Shown piece by piece: positions 11,316 through 22,956 of a stretch of DNA of 60,943 nucleotides. The DNA is from an uncultured Gammaproteobacteria bacterium. GTDB taxonomy: Bacteria > Pseudomonadota > Gammaproteobacteria > SZUA-229. Each line of letters starts with the position of its first letter. The first letter of the stretch is position 1. The stretch covers positions 1 to 60,943 of the forward strand of contig CAWKAL010000072.1 in the NCBI GenBank assembly GCA_963847575.1, in the 5' to 3' direction. A program made the translations under genes and the position numbers. A model generated the notes under the pieces. The model was not told the origin of the DNA. It made no database searches and saw only the letters and a list, made by a program, of their open reading frames with translations.

Positions 11316-11954
11316 TCACTGCCTGTTGCCAGCAAAGCCCGTGGCGACTGCATATATTTCTCGGCTGCGGTTTCGCGAAGCTTTAGGCTTGCGCATCACC
11401 ACCCTGGCAAAATTCTGCTTCAGGCTTTTATTGTAGGCCTCGAAGCCTTCACCCTGAAACAGCTTGACCAGCAGCCCTCCACCGGGTTTGAGCACCTGCC
11501 TGGCAAGTTCCAGCGCCAGTTCGGCGAGATAATACGCACGCGGCATGTCCACCACGCCCATGCCACTTATATTGGGTGCCATGTCCGAAATTACAAGGTC
11601 GGCGCGATCATCACCCATGAGTTTCATCAATTGCGTATAAACACTTTCTTCGCGGAAATCACCCTCGATGATTTCCACACCTTCGATGGGTTCCATCGGC
11701 AAAATATCCAGCGCGATAATACGGCCCTTTCCCCCCAGCTGGGTCAGCACGTATTCCGACCAGCCACCCGGCGCGGCGCCGAGATCGATCACCGTCATGC
11801 CCGGTTTGAGCAGCCGGTCCTTTTGCTGGATTTCGATCAGTTTGTAAATCGCGCGCGAACGATAACCGTCCTGCTGCGAGCGCAACACGTACTCGTCTTC
11901 GAAGTGTTCCTTGAGCCACTGCCTGCTGGATTTACTCCTGCCCTTCTTACTCAT
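11316..11954 (-). CDS. rlmE: 23S rRNA Um2552 methyltransferase RlmE
   Basis: [32 protein letters not shown]; rlmE-ftsH synteny. Confidence 0.96.
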   Translation of the reverse strand: MSKKGRSKSSRQWLKEHFEDEYVLRSQQDGYRSRAIYKLIEIQQKDRLLKPGMTVIDLGAAPGGWSEYVLTQLGGKGRIIALDILPMEPIEGVEIIEGDFREESVYTQLMKLMGDDRADLVISDMAPNISGMGVVDMPRAYYLAELALELARQVLKPGGGLLVKLFQGEGFEAYNKSLKQNFARVVMRKPKASRNRSREIYAVATGFAGNRQ

Positions 11955-12012
11955 GTTCCGCTCACTCGTGCTATAGTTCGCCGCCGTTCAGCTTTACACC
12001 GTGGGTGTTCAG

Positions 12013-12309
12013 ATGTCACTTACAAAAAACCAGATTAAACATTTACGCGGATTGTGTCACGCCCTGCACCCGATCGTCATGCTCGGTCAAAAAGGCCTGA
12101 GCCAGGAAGTACTGGATGAACTGGAAATTGCACTCAATCACCACGAACTGGTAAAAATTAAAGTCGCCGTGGATGACCGCGACATGCGTCGGCAAGTCAT
12201 CGAATCGCTGTGTGATACCAGCCAGTCAGAAATCGTGCAGTCAATCGGCAAAACCGTTTGCGTGTTTCGCCGCAACACCAAAAATCCCGTGGTTGAATTG
12301 CCAAAGTAA
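12013..12309 (+). CDS. yhbY: Ribosome assembly RNA-binding protein YhbY (CRM domain)
   Basis: HLRGLCHALHPIVMLGQKGL, HELVKIK, VQSIGK; divergent from rlmE. Confidence 0.93.
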   Translation: MSLTKNQIKHLRGLCHALHPIVMLGQKGLSQEVLDELEIALNHHELVKIKVAVDDRDMRRQVIESLCDTSQSEIVQSIGKTVCVFRRNTKNPVVELPK

Positions 12310-12318
12310 ATAATAAAT

Positions 12319-12527
12319 AGCCGCGAATGAACGCGAATGAACGCAAATTAAATAATTTATCTAACGAATCTTCAGATCTGAAGACGCTGAGGTTAACCAT
12401 AATTGCTGCTCCCATACGAACAGAAAAATGAAAACTGCGTCGTATCCAGCATTTCTAACCAGACAGCAGCATCTGGTTTCACATATATAATTTTTTAATT
12501 CGCGTTCATTCGCGTTCATTTGCGGCT
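12319..12527. repeat. GCCGC-arm inverted repeat cassette, copy 3 (no gene)
   Basis: Left 12319-12352 agccgcgaatgaacgcgaatgaacgcaaattaaa; right 12494-12527 matches 32/34 as reverse complement. Confidence 0.92.
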
Positions 12528-12534
12528 GAATTTT

Positions 12535-13011
12535 TTATATGTATTTCACTTCGACGATTTCGAATGAACGCACACCGCCCGGAGTTTGCACATCTACCAC
12601 ATCACCTTCCACTTTGCCGATGAATGCGCGCGCTATCGGTGAGCTGTAGGAAATCTTGTTGGCCTTGATATCGGCCTCGTCTTCACCGACGATTTGGTAG
12701 GTCAGTTCATCGCCGGTTTCTTCGTCGGCCACATCCACGGTAGCGCCGAACACCACCTTGCCGTCAGCCGCCAGGCTGGTGACATCGATAATGGTGGCGT
12801 TGCCGAGTTTGCCTTCGATGTCCTTGATACGGCCTTCGATAAAACCCTGCTGTTCACGCGCGGCGTGATACTCGGCGTTTTCTTTTAAATCACCGTGTGC
12901 ACGTGCTTCTGCAATTGCTTCGATCACGCGCGGACGATCCACGGATTTCAGCTGCTGCAGTTCCTGCTGAAGTTTTTCTGCACCCTGTACAGTAATAGGC
13001 ACCTTGCTCAT
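12535..13011 (-). CDS. greA: Transcription elongation factor GreA
   Basis: [26 protein letters not shown]; follows carB. Confidence 0.97.
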   Translation of the reverse strand: MSKVPITVQGAEKLQQELQQLKSVDRPRVIEAIAEARAHGDLKENAEYHAAREQQGFIEGRIKDIEGKLGNATIIDVTSLAADGKVVFGATVDVADEETGDELTYQIVGEDEADIKANKISYSSPIARAFIGKVEGDVVDVQTPGGVRSFEIVEVKYI

Positions 13012-16000
13012 GCTGCGACCTCTTTCTTGATTGCCGCGTGCAGGTCCTGCAAACGGGTAACCGCGTTCTGTTCCAGATAATCCAGCGCATTGCAGGTTGC
13101 ACGCGCGCCGGCAATCGTGGTGGTGTAGCTTACCTTATGCTGCAGTGCCGATGCGCGAATCGTGTATGAATCGGCGATGGCCTTTTTGCCTTCAGTGGTA
13201 TTGATAATCAGTTTAATTTCTTCGTTCTTGATCATGTCAACAATATGCGGCCGGCCTTCATATACCTTGTTGACCAGCGCGCATTCGATGCCCGCTTCTT
13301 TCAACGCCCTGCCGGTACCCCGCGTGGCTATCAGCTTGAAGCCATGTTCAGCCAGGCTGCGGCCGAGTTCAACAGCATACTTGCGATCACGTTCACGCAC
13401 ACTGATAAAAACATTGCCCGCGGTCGGCAACACCACGCCGGCACCGAGTTGCGCTTTTGCAAACGCCATGCCGAAGGAACTGCCCACGCCCATGACTTCG
13501 CCGGTGGATTTCATTTCCGGCCCCAGCAGGGGATCGACTCCGGGGAATTTCACAAACGGGAACACCGATTCTTTCACTGCGTAAGTCGACGGAATCACTT
13601 CGCGGGTGACACCCTGCGATGCGAGACTGCGCCCGGCCATACAACGTGCAGCAATTTTTGCCAGCGGTAGCCCGGTGGCTTTTGACACGAACGGCACCGT
13701 GCGCGATGCGCGCGGATTCACTTCGAGCAAATAAATATTGTCGCCCTGTATCGCAAACTGGATATTCATCAAACCCACGACGCCGAGTTTGAGTGCGAGC
13801 TGGCGGGTTTGTTCACGCAACTCGTCCTGAATTTTTTTAGACAGCGAATACGGCGGCAATGAACATGCCGAATCACCGGAATGCACACCGGCCTGCTCGA
13901 TATGTTCCATGATGCTGCCGATGAGCACGTCTTTGCCATCACAGATCGCATCGACATCGACTTCAACGGCATCATCCAGGAAACGATCGAGCAATACCGG
14001 GGCGTCGTTCGACACACTGACCGCGGTGCGCATGTAATGTTTCAGATCGGTTTCATCGTAGACAATTTCCATGGCGCGGCCACCGAGCACATACGACGGG
14101 CGCACCACCAGCGGGTAACCGATTTCGGCCGCGCGCGAGACCGCTTCGTCAGCCGAACGTGCGAGCCGGTTTGGTGGCTGTTTCAAACCGAGTTCTTCGA
14201 CCAGTTGCTGGAAACGCTCGCGGTCTTCGGCCAGGTCGATACAGTCGGGCGTGGTACCAATAATGGGTGCGCCGGCGGCTTCGAGTGCGCGCGCAAGCTT
14301 CAACGGGGTCTGGCCACCGTACTGCACGATGACGCCTTTGGGTTTTTCCACTTCGAGCACTTCGAGCACGTCTTCGAGCGTGAGCGGTTCGAAATACAGC
14401 CGGTCGGAAGTATCGTAATCGGTCGACACGGTTTCGGGATTGCAGTTGATCATGATGGTTTCATAACCATCTTCACGCATCGCCAGCACTGCATGCACGC
14501 AGCAATAGTCAAATTCGATGCCCTGGCCGATACGGTTCGGCCCGCCACCGAGCACGACAATTTTGTCACGCGTAGACGGCAGCGCTTCGCATTCTTCCTC
14601 GTAGGTCGAATACATGTAGGCGGTCGAGGTGGAAAATTCTGCGGCGCAGGTATCGACGCGCTTGAATACCGGCGTGACCCCGAGCTGGTGGCGGCGCTGG
14701 TACACCGCGTTCATTTTTGTGCCGAGTAATAGTGCCAGCCTGCTGTCGGAAAAACCCTTGCGCTTGAGTATTCTGAGTTCGTCGGCGTCCACCTGTTCCA
14801 GCGTTTTGCCGACCAGGCCCTGCTCAAGCGTGATCAGTTCTTCGATCTGGACCAGGAACCACGGATCGATTTTACTCAGTTCGAACATGCGCTCGCGGCT
14901 ATAACCGCGGCGGAAAGCATCGCCGACATAACGCAGGCGGTCTGCGCCGGCGAGACTGATTTCCTGGTTGAGTCTGGCTTCGGCCTCGTCATCCGATAAA
15001 CCTTCTTCCAGCACCGGCGTCAGGCCGTCGATATCGACTTCGAGTCCGCGCAGGGCTTTTTGCAATGATTCCTGGAAGGTACGGCCAATCGCCATGACTT
15101 CACCGACAGATTTCATCTGCGTAGTCAGACGGTTTTCAGCCTGCGGGAATTTTTCAAAGGTGAAGCGCGGGATCTTGGTGACGACGTAATCTATCGTCGG
15201 TTCGAACGATGCCGGGGTGGCGCCACCGGTAATATCATTTTGCAATTCATCCAGGGTGAAGCCCACCGCCAGCTTGGCGGCGACCTTGGCGATCGGGAAA
15301 CCGGTCGCTTTCGACGCCAGCGCGGATGAACGCGACACCCGCGGGTTCATTTCGATAATGGTCATGCGGCCATCATCGGGGCAGACCGAGAACTGTACGT
15401 TGGAACCGCCGGTGTCGACACCGATTTTGCGCAGCACTGCAATCGAGGCATCGCGCATGCGCTGGTATTCCTTGTCGGTGAGGGTTTGCGCCGGCGCCAC
15501 GGTAATCGAATCACCGGTGTGAATGCCCATCGGGTCAAGGTTTTCGATCGAGCAGATAATGATGCAGTTGTCCTTGTTATCGCGCACCACTTCCATTTCG
15601 TATTCTTTCCAGCCGAGCACGGACTCTTCCACCAGCAGTTCATTCACCGGCGACATATCCAGGCCGCGGCGGCAGATTTCTTCGAACTCGTCACGGTTGT
15701 AGGCGATGCCGCCACCGCTGCCGCCCATGGTGAACGATGGCCGGATGATAGTGGGATAACCGACCATGGCCTGCACCTGGTAGGCTTCTTCCATGCTGTG
15801 CGCGATGGCTGCGCGCGGCATGTCGAGGCCGATGTCTTCCATCGCGATCTTGAATTTTTCGCGGTCCTCGGCCATGTCGATGGCTTCCTTTCTGGCGCCG
15901 ATCATTTCGACGCCGAATTTTTCCAGCACACCTTCACGATCGAGATCAAGCGCACAGTTGAGCGCAGTCTGTCCACCCATGGTGGGCAGCAGGGCGTCAG

Positions 16001-16247
16001 GTTTTTCCAGCTCGATTATTTTTGCCACGGTCTGCCAGGTAATCGGCTCGATATAGGTAGCGTCGGCCATCTCCGGGTCGGTCATGATGGTCGCCGGGTT
16101 CGAGTTGACCAGGATAACGCGGAAGCCTTCCTCGCGCAGCGCCTTGCAGGCCTGTGCACCAGAATAATCAAACTCGCAGGCCTGGCCGATCACAATCGGG
16201 CCGGCGCCGATGATCAGGATGCTGTGTATGTCGGTTCTTTTAGGCAT
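13008..16247 (-). CDS. carB: Carbamoyl-phosphate synthase large subunit
   Basis: [17 protein letters not shown], two ATP-grasp halves, 1079 aa. Confidence 0.99.
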   Translation of the reverse strand: MPKRTDIHSILIIGAGPIVIGQACEFDYSGAQACKALREEGFRVILVNSNPATIMTDPEMADATYIEPITWQTVAKIIELEKPDALLPTMGGQTALNCALDLDREGVLEKFGVEMIGARKEAIDMAEDREKFKIAMEDIGLDMPRAAIAHSMEEAYQVQAMVGYPTIIRPSFTMGGSGGGIAYNRDEFEEICRRGLDMSPVNELLVEESVLGWKEYEMEVVRDNKDNCIIICSIENLDPMGIHTGDSITVAPAQTLTDKEYQRMRDASIAVLRKIGVDTGGSNVQFSVCPDDGRMTIIEMNPRVSRSSALASKATGFPIAKVAAKLAVGFTLDELQNDITGGATPASFEPTIDYVVTKIPRFTFEKFPQAENRLTTQMKSVGEVMAIGRTFQESLQKALRGLEVDIDGLTPVLEEGLSDDEAEARLNQEISLAGADRLRYVGDAFRRGYSRERMFELSKIDPWFLVQIEELITLEQGLVGKTLEQVDADELRILKRKGFSDSRLALLLGTKMNAVYQRRHQLGVTPVFKRVDTCAAEFSTSTAYMYSTYEEECEALPSTRDKIVVLGGGPNRIGQGIEFDYCCVHAVLAMREDGYETIMINCNPETVSTDYDTSDRLYFEPLTLEDVLEVLEVEKPKGVIVQYGGQTPLKLARALEAAGAPIIGTTPDCIDLAEDRERFQQLVEELGLKQPPNRLARSADEAVSRAAEIGYPLVVRPSYVLGGRAMEIVYDETDLKHYMRTAVSVSNDAPVLLDRFLDDAVEVDVDAICDGKDVLIGSIMEHIEQAGVHSGDSACSLPPYSLSKKIQDELREQTRQLALKLGVVGLMNIQFAIQGDNIYLLEVNPRASRTVPFVSKATGLPLAKIAARCMAGRSLASQGVTREVIPSTYAVKESVFPFVKFPGVDPLLGPEMKSTGEVMGVGSSFGMAFAKAQLGAGVVLPTAGNVFISVRERDRKYAVELGRSLAEHGFKLIATRGTGRALKEAGIECALVNKVYEGRPHIVDMIKNEEIKLIINTTEGKKAIADSYTIRASALQHKVSYTTTIAGARATCNALDYLEQNAVTRLQDLHAAIKKEVAA

Positions 16248-16296
16248 ATTCTAGGTATCACTTGCGCACTATTGCACGTCCAGATAAAGAACCTTT

Positions 16297-16772
16297 GCCG
16301 CAAAATACGCAAAGGACGCAAAATTAAATGTTATCTTTTTCACTGTATTCCCAGACTATTCGTTTTATACCCAATGGTGCCATTCCAAAATTTAGTAACA
16401 GCGCCACGCTTAGACCACTTGCACGAAGATAATTAATTACTTGCGCTTTATGGTTGGCGTTAAATGATGGAACTGCCTTTAATTCAACTATTAATTTATC
16501 CTCGATAACAATATCCGCTTGATATTGACCAATGAGTTTTCGCTTATAGAAAACATCAAGCGGCTGTTGTCTGGAAAAAGAAATACCATTTTGTTCCAGT
16601 TCGTATGCAAGTGCATTTTCGTACACGGCCTCAAGAAATCCAGGGCCAAGTTCACGACTCACATTTTGAGCACACCCAATAACCATTTCAGATATCCTTT
16701 TTCTGATTCGCATCCTTCATCCCTATTAACAATTACTTCGCTTTTTTTTGCGTCCTTTGCGATATTCGCGGC
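16297..16772 (-). mobile_element. Putative element: GxxExxY gene bounded by GCCGC-arm inverted repeats (copy 4, gene-containing)
   Basis: Left arm 16297-16323 gccgcaaaatacgcaaaggacgcaaaa; right arm 16746-16772 rc gccgcgaatatcgcaaaggacgcaaaa (23/27); mobility is inferred. Confidence 0.65.
16324..16713 (-). CDS. GxxExxY family protein (PD-(D/E)xK nuclease-like fold)
   Basis: 129 aa; LGPGFLEAVY (GxxExxY), ADIVIEDKLIVELKA (D...ExK), QVINYL, LLLNFG; AT-richer than flanking car genes. Confidence 0.92.
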   Translation of the reverse strand: MRIRKRISEMVIGCAQNVSRELGPGFLEAVYENALAYELEQNGISFSRQQPLDVFYKRKLIGQYQADIVIEDKLIVELKAVPSFNANHKAQVINYLRASGLSVALLLNFGMAPLGIKRIVWEYSEKDNI

Positions 16773-17909
16773 TATTTTTTTACCATCATTTCAATGAACC
16801 GGTCAAAGATCGGGGCGATGTCGTGCGGGCCCGGGCTGGCTTCGGGGTGGCCCTGGAAACTGAATGCCGGGGTGTCGGTGCGCGCTATTCCCTGCAGCGA
16901 ACCATCGAACAATGAGCGGTGGGTTGCGCACAGGTTGGCCGGCAGCGTGGATTCGTCGACCGCGAAGCCGTGGTTCTGGCTGGTGATCATCACCTGCCCG
17001 GTGGTTAGATCCTGTACCGGGTGGTTGGCACCGTGATGACCGAATTTCATTTTCAGGGTTTTGGCGCCGCAGGCCAGTGCCAGCAGCTGGTGGCCCAGGC
17101 AAATACCGAATACCGGGAGTCGGGTTTGCAAAATCTGGCGGATGGCCTCGATCGCGTAATCACAGGGCTCGGGATCGCCGGGGCCGTTCGACAGGAAGAT
17201 ACCGTCGGGCTTCATCGCCAGTACGTCGGCCGCGGGGGTTTTCGCCGGCACCACCGAAACCCGGCAGCCGCGCGACGCCAGCATGCGCAGGATGTTGCGC
17301 TTGACGCCGTAATCGTAGGCCACGACGTGGTAGTGCACATCGCTGGCGGCAATGGCATTGGCCGCGTTGGTGTCGAGGTTCCATTCACCGTCGCGCCACG
17401 GGTAGGCTTGCTGACGCGCTCACCACCTGGGCCAGGTCGAGGCCCTTGAGGCCGCCGAACGCCGTGGCCTTGTTCAGCGCGGCAGCTTCGTCACAGTCAC
17501 CCGCCATGATGCAGCCATTCATCGCGCCCTTGTCGCGCAATAATCGTGTCAGCCGGCGGGTGTCGATTTCTGCAATGGCGACCACGTTTTCGGATTGCAG
17601 GTATTCCTGCAGGCTCTGCTGGCCGCGCCAGTTGCTCATCAGCATCGCGGCATCACGCACCACCAGCCCGGCAGCGTGTACACGGTCGGCTTCGCAGTCA
17701 CCGTCATTGCAGCCGACATTGCCGATATGCGGATACGTCAGGGTGACAATCTGGGACGAATAGGACGGGTCAGTGAGAATTTCCTGGTAACCGGTCATCG
17801 CGGTGTTGAACACGACTTCGCCGACGGTTTCACCGCTTACCCCGATCGAAAGGCCTCTGAAGACACTGCCGTCTTCGAGAACCAGGACGGCGGGCTGCGT
17901 TGTGTTCAC
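16772..17909 (-). CDS. carA: Carbamoyl-phosphate synthase small subunit (single frameshift near 17415)
   Basis: N-half [21 protein letters not shown] and C-half [26 protein letters not shown] lie in different frames. Confidence 0.95.
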
Positions 17910-18013
17910 GGGGTTTGCTCCATGCTGATTTGTTTATGGGCAAAAAAAACGGGAGCATCGATGGTAATTTCACCATCGAAGCTCCCGTTTTTACATAATG
18001 AACACGTGTTCAT
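17906..18013 (-). promoter_or_regulatory. Candidate carA leader peptide plus attenuator hairpin
   Basis: 35-codon [38 protein letters not shown] reads through the hairpin ACGGGAGCTTCGATGGT-GAAATT-ACCATCGATGCTCCCGT followed by a T8 run (17942-17992); its TGA overlaps the carA GTG. Confidence 0.6.
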
Positions 18014-18108
18014 ATAAGCGTCGTTCTCAACCTCTGCGCGGCATTACACCACACGACTGCGGACATGAAAAAGGCCGGAACGGTAGCGTAGCTCCAGCCT
18101 TGAATTAG

Positions 18109-18184
<76 letters not shown>

Positions 18185-18309
18185 GCAGCGATACAACGGG
18201 CATCGTCACCCCTGTCACATCGGGCGGGAAGTCTACGTGGATGAGGATTTGTCGTCAATAGCACCAGTGGCTAAAGTCACTGAAATATACCGATAATTTC
18301 GGCCTTCTC

Positions 18310-19740
18310 TCAGTAGGCGTTGCGGTGAATAAGACCTCTGAACACGGTCATCACAATAATTTTAATATCCAGCCATAACGACCAGTTTTCAATGTAATAC
18401 AGGTCATGCTCGATGCGCGTATGCAGGCAGGTATTGCCGCGCCAGCCGTGTACCTGCGCCCAGCCGGTGAGGCCGGCCTTGACCAGGTGCTTCTTGTTGT
18501 AATGCGGAATTTCGTTTTTGTATTTTTCGACGAACACCGGGCGCTCGGGCCGCGGGCCGATCAGCGACATCTCGCCCAGCAGCACGTTAAACAGCTGCGG
18601 CAGTTCATCCATGCTGGTGTTGCGTAAAAAAGTGCCGAAGGGCGTCGCGCGCTTTTCACCTTTTTGCGCCCACACCGGCCCGGTCTGGTTTTCGACATCG
18701 ACCGGCATGGTGCGGAACTTGAACATGGTGAATTCCTGGCCGTTCCAGCCGACACGCCGCTGGCGGTAGAGTACTGGCCCGGGTGAGCTCAGCTTCACGC
18801 CAATGGCGATCAGCAGCATCAGCGGGCTGGCGAACACCAGCAATACGAAGGCAAGTACATAGTCTTCAATCATCTTCAGAAACCGGTTGGCGCCGTCGAT
18901 GGCCGAGTACGAAATATTCACCACCGGGATACCTGCCATTTCAGTCAGTGAGTGATGCATCAACTGGTATTCGAAAATATCCGGCACATAGCGAATTTCA
19001 ACCGCCGAACCATCCAGCGCACCGATCACCCGACGGATGGTTTCTTCTTCGCTGTGGGGCAATGAGATCCAGACCTGGTCGACCTGCATGTCATCGACAT
19101 GCTGACGCAAGGTGGCAAAATCGTCGATGATTTTTGTACCGCTAAGCCACGCGGGTAATAACTGGTCACTCGATCTAAACATGGCCGAAATCTCGAGTCC
19201 GAACCAGGTGGATTTGCGCAGCCTGTCAGCCACCACCACTGCCTGCTCGCCGGTACCCACGATGACGATATGGCGGTGATTGAAACCACTGCTGCGCAGC
19301 CAGCGCAGCACCAGGCGCAAGATAACGCGCGAACCGACCAGCGCTATCCAGCCACTGGCGAACCAGATGCCCATCCATGATCTCGAATAGTCAGCGCCGG
19401 TCCTGGTCATGAAGGCCAGAATTGCCAGGGTGAGCGCAACCATGGTCCACGCCATGGTTAAATGTTTAATTTCCGTGAGCGTAGACGCACCTCGCCAGAC
19501 ACGATACACAGAAAATAGAGGGAATATTAGTCCGACAAGTAATACCGCAAGCAGCAATACTTTGATGTAATGATCTGGAATACCCTCTACGCCTAAGGCT
19601 GTGTAGAACTCATAGGCATTCGAGCTATAAAAAGCCAGCAGGCCACAAAATGCAATCGCCAGCAAATCACTGAACCTTAGAACCAGATTGAGGATATTCG
19701 CGTGGCCTTTCAGGAAGCCTTTAAAATACATACCAGTCAA
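18310..19740 (-). CDS. Undecaprenyl-phosphate glucose/hexose-1-phosphate transferase (WcaJ/WbaP family)
   Basis: N-terminal TM segments, CoA-binding-like middle region, KFRTM, DELPQLFNVLLGEMSLIGPRPE, GLTGWAQV, DLYYIENWS. Confidence 0.92.
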   Translation of the reverse strand: MTGMYFKGFLKGHANILNLVLRFSDLLAIAFCGLLAFYSSNAYEFYTALGVEGIPDHYIKVLLLAVLLVGLIFPLFSVYRVWRGASTLTEIKHLTMAWTMVALTLAILAFMTRTGADYSRSWMGIWFASGWIALVGSRVILRLVLRWLRSSGFNHRHIVIVGTGEQAVVVADRLRKSTWFGLEISAMFRSSDQLLPAWLSGTKIIDDFATLRQHVDDMQVDQVWISLPHSEEETIRRVIGALDGSAVEIRYVPDIFEYQLMHHSLTEMAGIPVVNISYSAIDGANRFLKMIEDYVLAFVLLVFASPLMLLIAIGVKLSSPGPVLYRQRRVGWNGQEFTMFKFRTMPVDVENQTGPVWAQKGEKRATPFGTFLRNTSMDELPQLFNVLLGEMSLIGPRPERPVFVEKYKNEIPHYNKKHLVKAGLTGWAQVHGWRGNTCLHTRIEHDLYYIENWSLWLDIKIIVMTVFRGLIHRNAY

Positions 19741-19779
19741 TTTTCCGTTTTATACGGCGATTATAGTCAAGCGTTTTTA

Positions 19780-20701
19780 TTATTTAAAATATCGTGGGTT
19801 CATGCTGATTTTTCTTTTTAAATACAGAGGGATATATCGCTCTGCCAGCCCCAGTCTAAAGCCCGTGTAGCGCATAACATTTCTGAGCAGGATTTCAGGC
19901 AATCTCCAGAAAGCATGCTGTACCAGATAGTTTAGCTCCGAAATCACGAATCGGGAGCCTGCACCTTCTGCACTTCCAAAGGTCTCTCGTATCCACGGCT
20001 CGCGGGCATGAAACACCCCCATATCAAAGTAGCGCTTCATTTCCTGAACCAGGGAATAATCATGCGAATGATACACTCTTGCATCGGCAGCGTAAGCAAT
20101 TTTATGACCTGCGAGTAACAACCTGGCCGCTGCATACATGTCCTCACCAAAAATCACATCTTTCGGGAACCCTCCCACGCTCAAAAAGGCATCGCGACGA
20201 TAGGCCGCAAATGAATTCGACAGGAAAGCGGTTTTTATACCCAGGCTTTCAGCATCCTTGATTGATCTGATATTCGATGTGTCCGGATAACTATAAAACC
20301 TGGCATGCGCTTCAACTGGATCTGCTTTTTCACGCGGCAGCTGCCTGCCACATACAGCGGCCACATCGGCATCATCAAACGCAGACAACAATAGACTTAA
20401 CGCATGGCGATCATATAAAACCGCATCCTGTGTAAGAAATATTATGTAGTCGAATCCCGCGTTATCATCAACAGCTCGTTGACGTGTGCCGCCGTGACTG
20501 AATTGCGCCCTGTCAATGACTTTCACCCTGAAGCCTGATTTTTTCGCTATTTCAACTGAACCATCATCAGAGGCCGAGTCAATTATCAACGCTGCCGCAG
20601 GCTTGTCCTGCTGACTGTTATATGCCCTGAGCCAATCCTCGAAGCATATCGCCGGGATTAAGCGTGGGACAAACGAGTAATGTCCGCTCTAGTCTTGACA
20701 T
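19780..20701 (-). CDS. GT2 rhamnosyltransferase-like (RfbN/WbaN-like); N-terminal frameshift
   Basis: CPTLNPG / IIDSASDDGS, FSHGGTRQ, FLTQDA, GRQLPR, FGEDM, VYHSHDY. Confidence 0.8.
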
Positions 20702-20778
20702 AAGCGACGCATTACGAAAACGAACAACGCACAGATCATAAATCAAGAGCAAGCTTAAGCCTGTACTCGCGAAATGAC

Positions 20779-22233
20779 TTACCACCACGCCCTCAAACGC
20801 CTGAACGCTCGGTAGGTGGCTCTCGATAGCACTCTTTTTATTGTCAGCTGGCGCTCCATCCACAGCGCCCACTCGTCACTTTCGACAAAAAACTTATCGG
20901 ATAGATCGGCAGGTCCTGGGTTGTCATTAACATCATCATTTAGTATTGCATGAAGAATCTTCCAGGAATGAAATTTCTCATATTGCATACGGCCAGCACG
21001 GCTGGCTTTCTCGAGATCATCAGTAGATACAGAAGCGCAGAAATTTAACAGCTCATTCGGTGAACGCCAGCTGAAGGCCGACTCATAGGCAAGCTCAATT
21101 CCGCTTAGAACTCGGGAAAAAATATGCCTGTGCAAGGCCACGGGAATACCCGCCCCCATTGCTTCAATCAAGGTCAAACCACCTCCGTACGGGAATGAAG
21201 CAACATACAGTCCACTCGGTACTCATGCAGAGCTTTCCAGACACTTGATACCCAGGGTATGTAAATGAAGCGATCAGGACGAATGCCATTGCGCTTCAGC
21301 CCCCAACGGATTTTTAAAAGGGCCCATGGTGTCAGGCGTCCAATATGGATGTGTCTTCCGCCAGTTGCTTTCAGTAGCTTGGGCAGTAGCTCAAGATAAC
21401 TTACGAAATAGGGAATTTCAATTTTGTTTGATTTCGCTGCTGTGCAGGTTGTGAGCACCCCATTTTGACGGAATGACCAGTCAGCAGGGCGCGATCTCCC
21501 TTGTCGTCGACAGTGAGCGGGATATAGGTATTATCAATGCCCAGTGCGTCACGGCAATTGTGGTATCCCATTGGATGAGGATCGATGTGCTCAAGATGTG
21601 ACAAGTACACCCCCAGGCACAAATGATGATCACCGTGATGATAAAAACTGGCATCAAGTTTCATCTCAGGCTGAATTGCTGCAACAGCTACACTATCCTG
21701 ATGATGATTGAACAGGTAGACTTTTTTCGGGTGGATTTTCAGTAAGACGCTGTTGCAACCAGGTCAGTCGCTGTTGATAAGTTTTCTTTCGGTGCTTGCT
21801 CGAAGCTGATCTTGGCCAGTCTCGTCAGTCCATTTATCAAATAGTCGGTATCAGACCTCCCTATCAACTCTGTCGACAAGATAATATGTTGCGCATCAGG
21901 CTGCGCCCTGATGAAGTCCTCAATGACTCGTGTGTGTCCGCCTGATTTTTGCAGTTTAGTGACAATATAAACAATGGCTAGTCGGCCGGGCTGACTTTCA
22001 TTATTTTCAGAAGTTAAGTAGTTAATTGTCGCAAGGTTAGTTTTGCCAATACACTGACACTGGCCATCGAGTGTTCTTGATCCGTACACCTGTGAGGTGC
22101 ATAAAGGCTCAGTAATGATGCGTTCAACACAACCATGGATTAACCGCAGTGACTTATCCAAATCGCCATTATCCGTGAAAACAGCAACAGCTTCAGCCAG
22201 GGAATGTATAGAAGCATAGTTTTCAAACTTCAC
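20779..22233 (-). CDS. Putative GT-B glycosyltransferase, split into about four fragments by frameshifts
   Basis: GGHTRVIEDF near N-terminus and LTLIEAMGAGIPV near C-terminus; consecutive ORFs at 21739, 21401, 21174, 20779. Confidence 0.65.
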
Positions 22234-22278
22234 TTACAACTCCCCAACCATACCTGATAATGATACATTATCAACACG

Positions 22279-22956
22279 TTATGATGACGACTCAGAACTA
22301 CTCAATTGGTGCACAAAGTGTTGCGCTGCGCTTAAATCATCAGGTGTATCAACCTCTGCCAGTTCGAGCATGTGCCCCTGTAAAGGCAGATGCTCGATCA
22401 AACGCTCAAAAACATAGCCTGGAGCGCCATGCATTAAATCATTTGGAGCTGAAATTATATTCGCCCACTCGAATTTTGTTTTCTGTTCACGCGAAAAACC
22501 TGAAATATTAATACAATCACCAGCTTCCTCAGCAAGCACATAGACTGCATTCTCACTTTTTGCATTTGTTAGACCAACCAGGATATCTCGCTGTTTCGCA
22601 GCCGTCAGAAATTTTTTCAGACTAGCAGCAGAAACTAATAAATCGCCATCAAGGTAGAGCACCTTTCCTGGTAGATGCTGAGACCCCATAGAAAGACTGT
22701 AAGCCGTATTTGTAGTGCGGAAATCGGGATTGCGAACCAACACAACATCGCGGTGGTGCAATGAACAATATTCAACTACCATTTCTTCACGATAACCGAC
22801 GACCACGTGAATCGCTGAAACATGTGGGCGCAGGGTGTTTATGAGTCTCGACAATATTGTCTGCCCACCAATTTCGATCATGCACTTGGGCATACCAAGG
22901 CCTATTCTGGTACCCAGACCCGCCGCAGCTATTACAGCGCTTGTAACATCCTGCAC
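22279..22956 (-). CDS. NTP transferase (LicC-like phospho-base/sugar cytidylyltransferase)
   Basis: AVIAAAGLGTR..PKC, VVVGY, NPDFRTTNTAYSL, YLDGD, EVDTPDDL. Confidence 0.85.
   Translation of the reverse strand: MQDVTSAVIAAAGLGTRIGLGMPKCMIEIGGQTILSRLINTLRPHVSAIHVVVGYREEMVVEYCSLHHRDVVLVRNPDFRTTNTAYSLSMGSQHLPGKVLYLDGDLLVSAASLKKFLTAAKQRDILVGLTNAKSENAVYVLAEEAGDCINISGFSREQKTKFEWANIISAPNDLMHGAPGYVFERLIEHLPLQGHMLELAEVDTPDDLSAAQHFVHQLSSSESSS

Noticed and set aside
17385-17420. Programmed frameshift or genuine split of carA
   Set aside because: No slippery sequence at the break, and similar breaks occur in many unrelated genes; sequencing error is more likely.
18185-18309. attL/attR or integrase for the glycan cluster
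   Set aside because: No duplicated tRNA 3' end or recombinase gene seen at either boundary.
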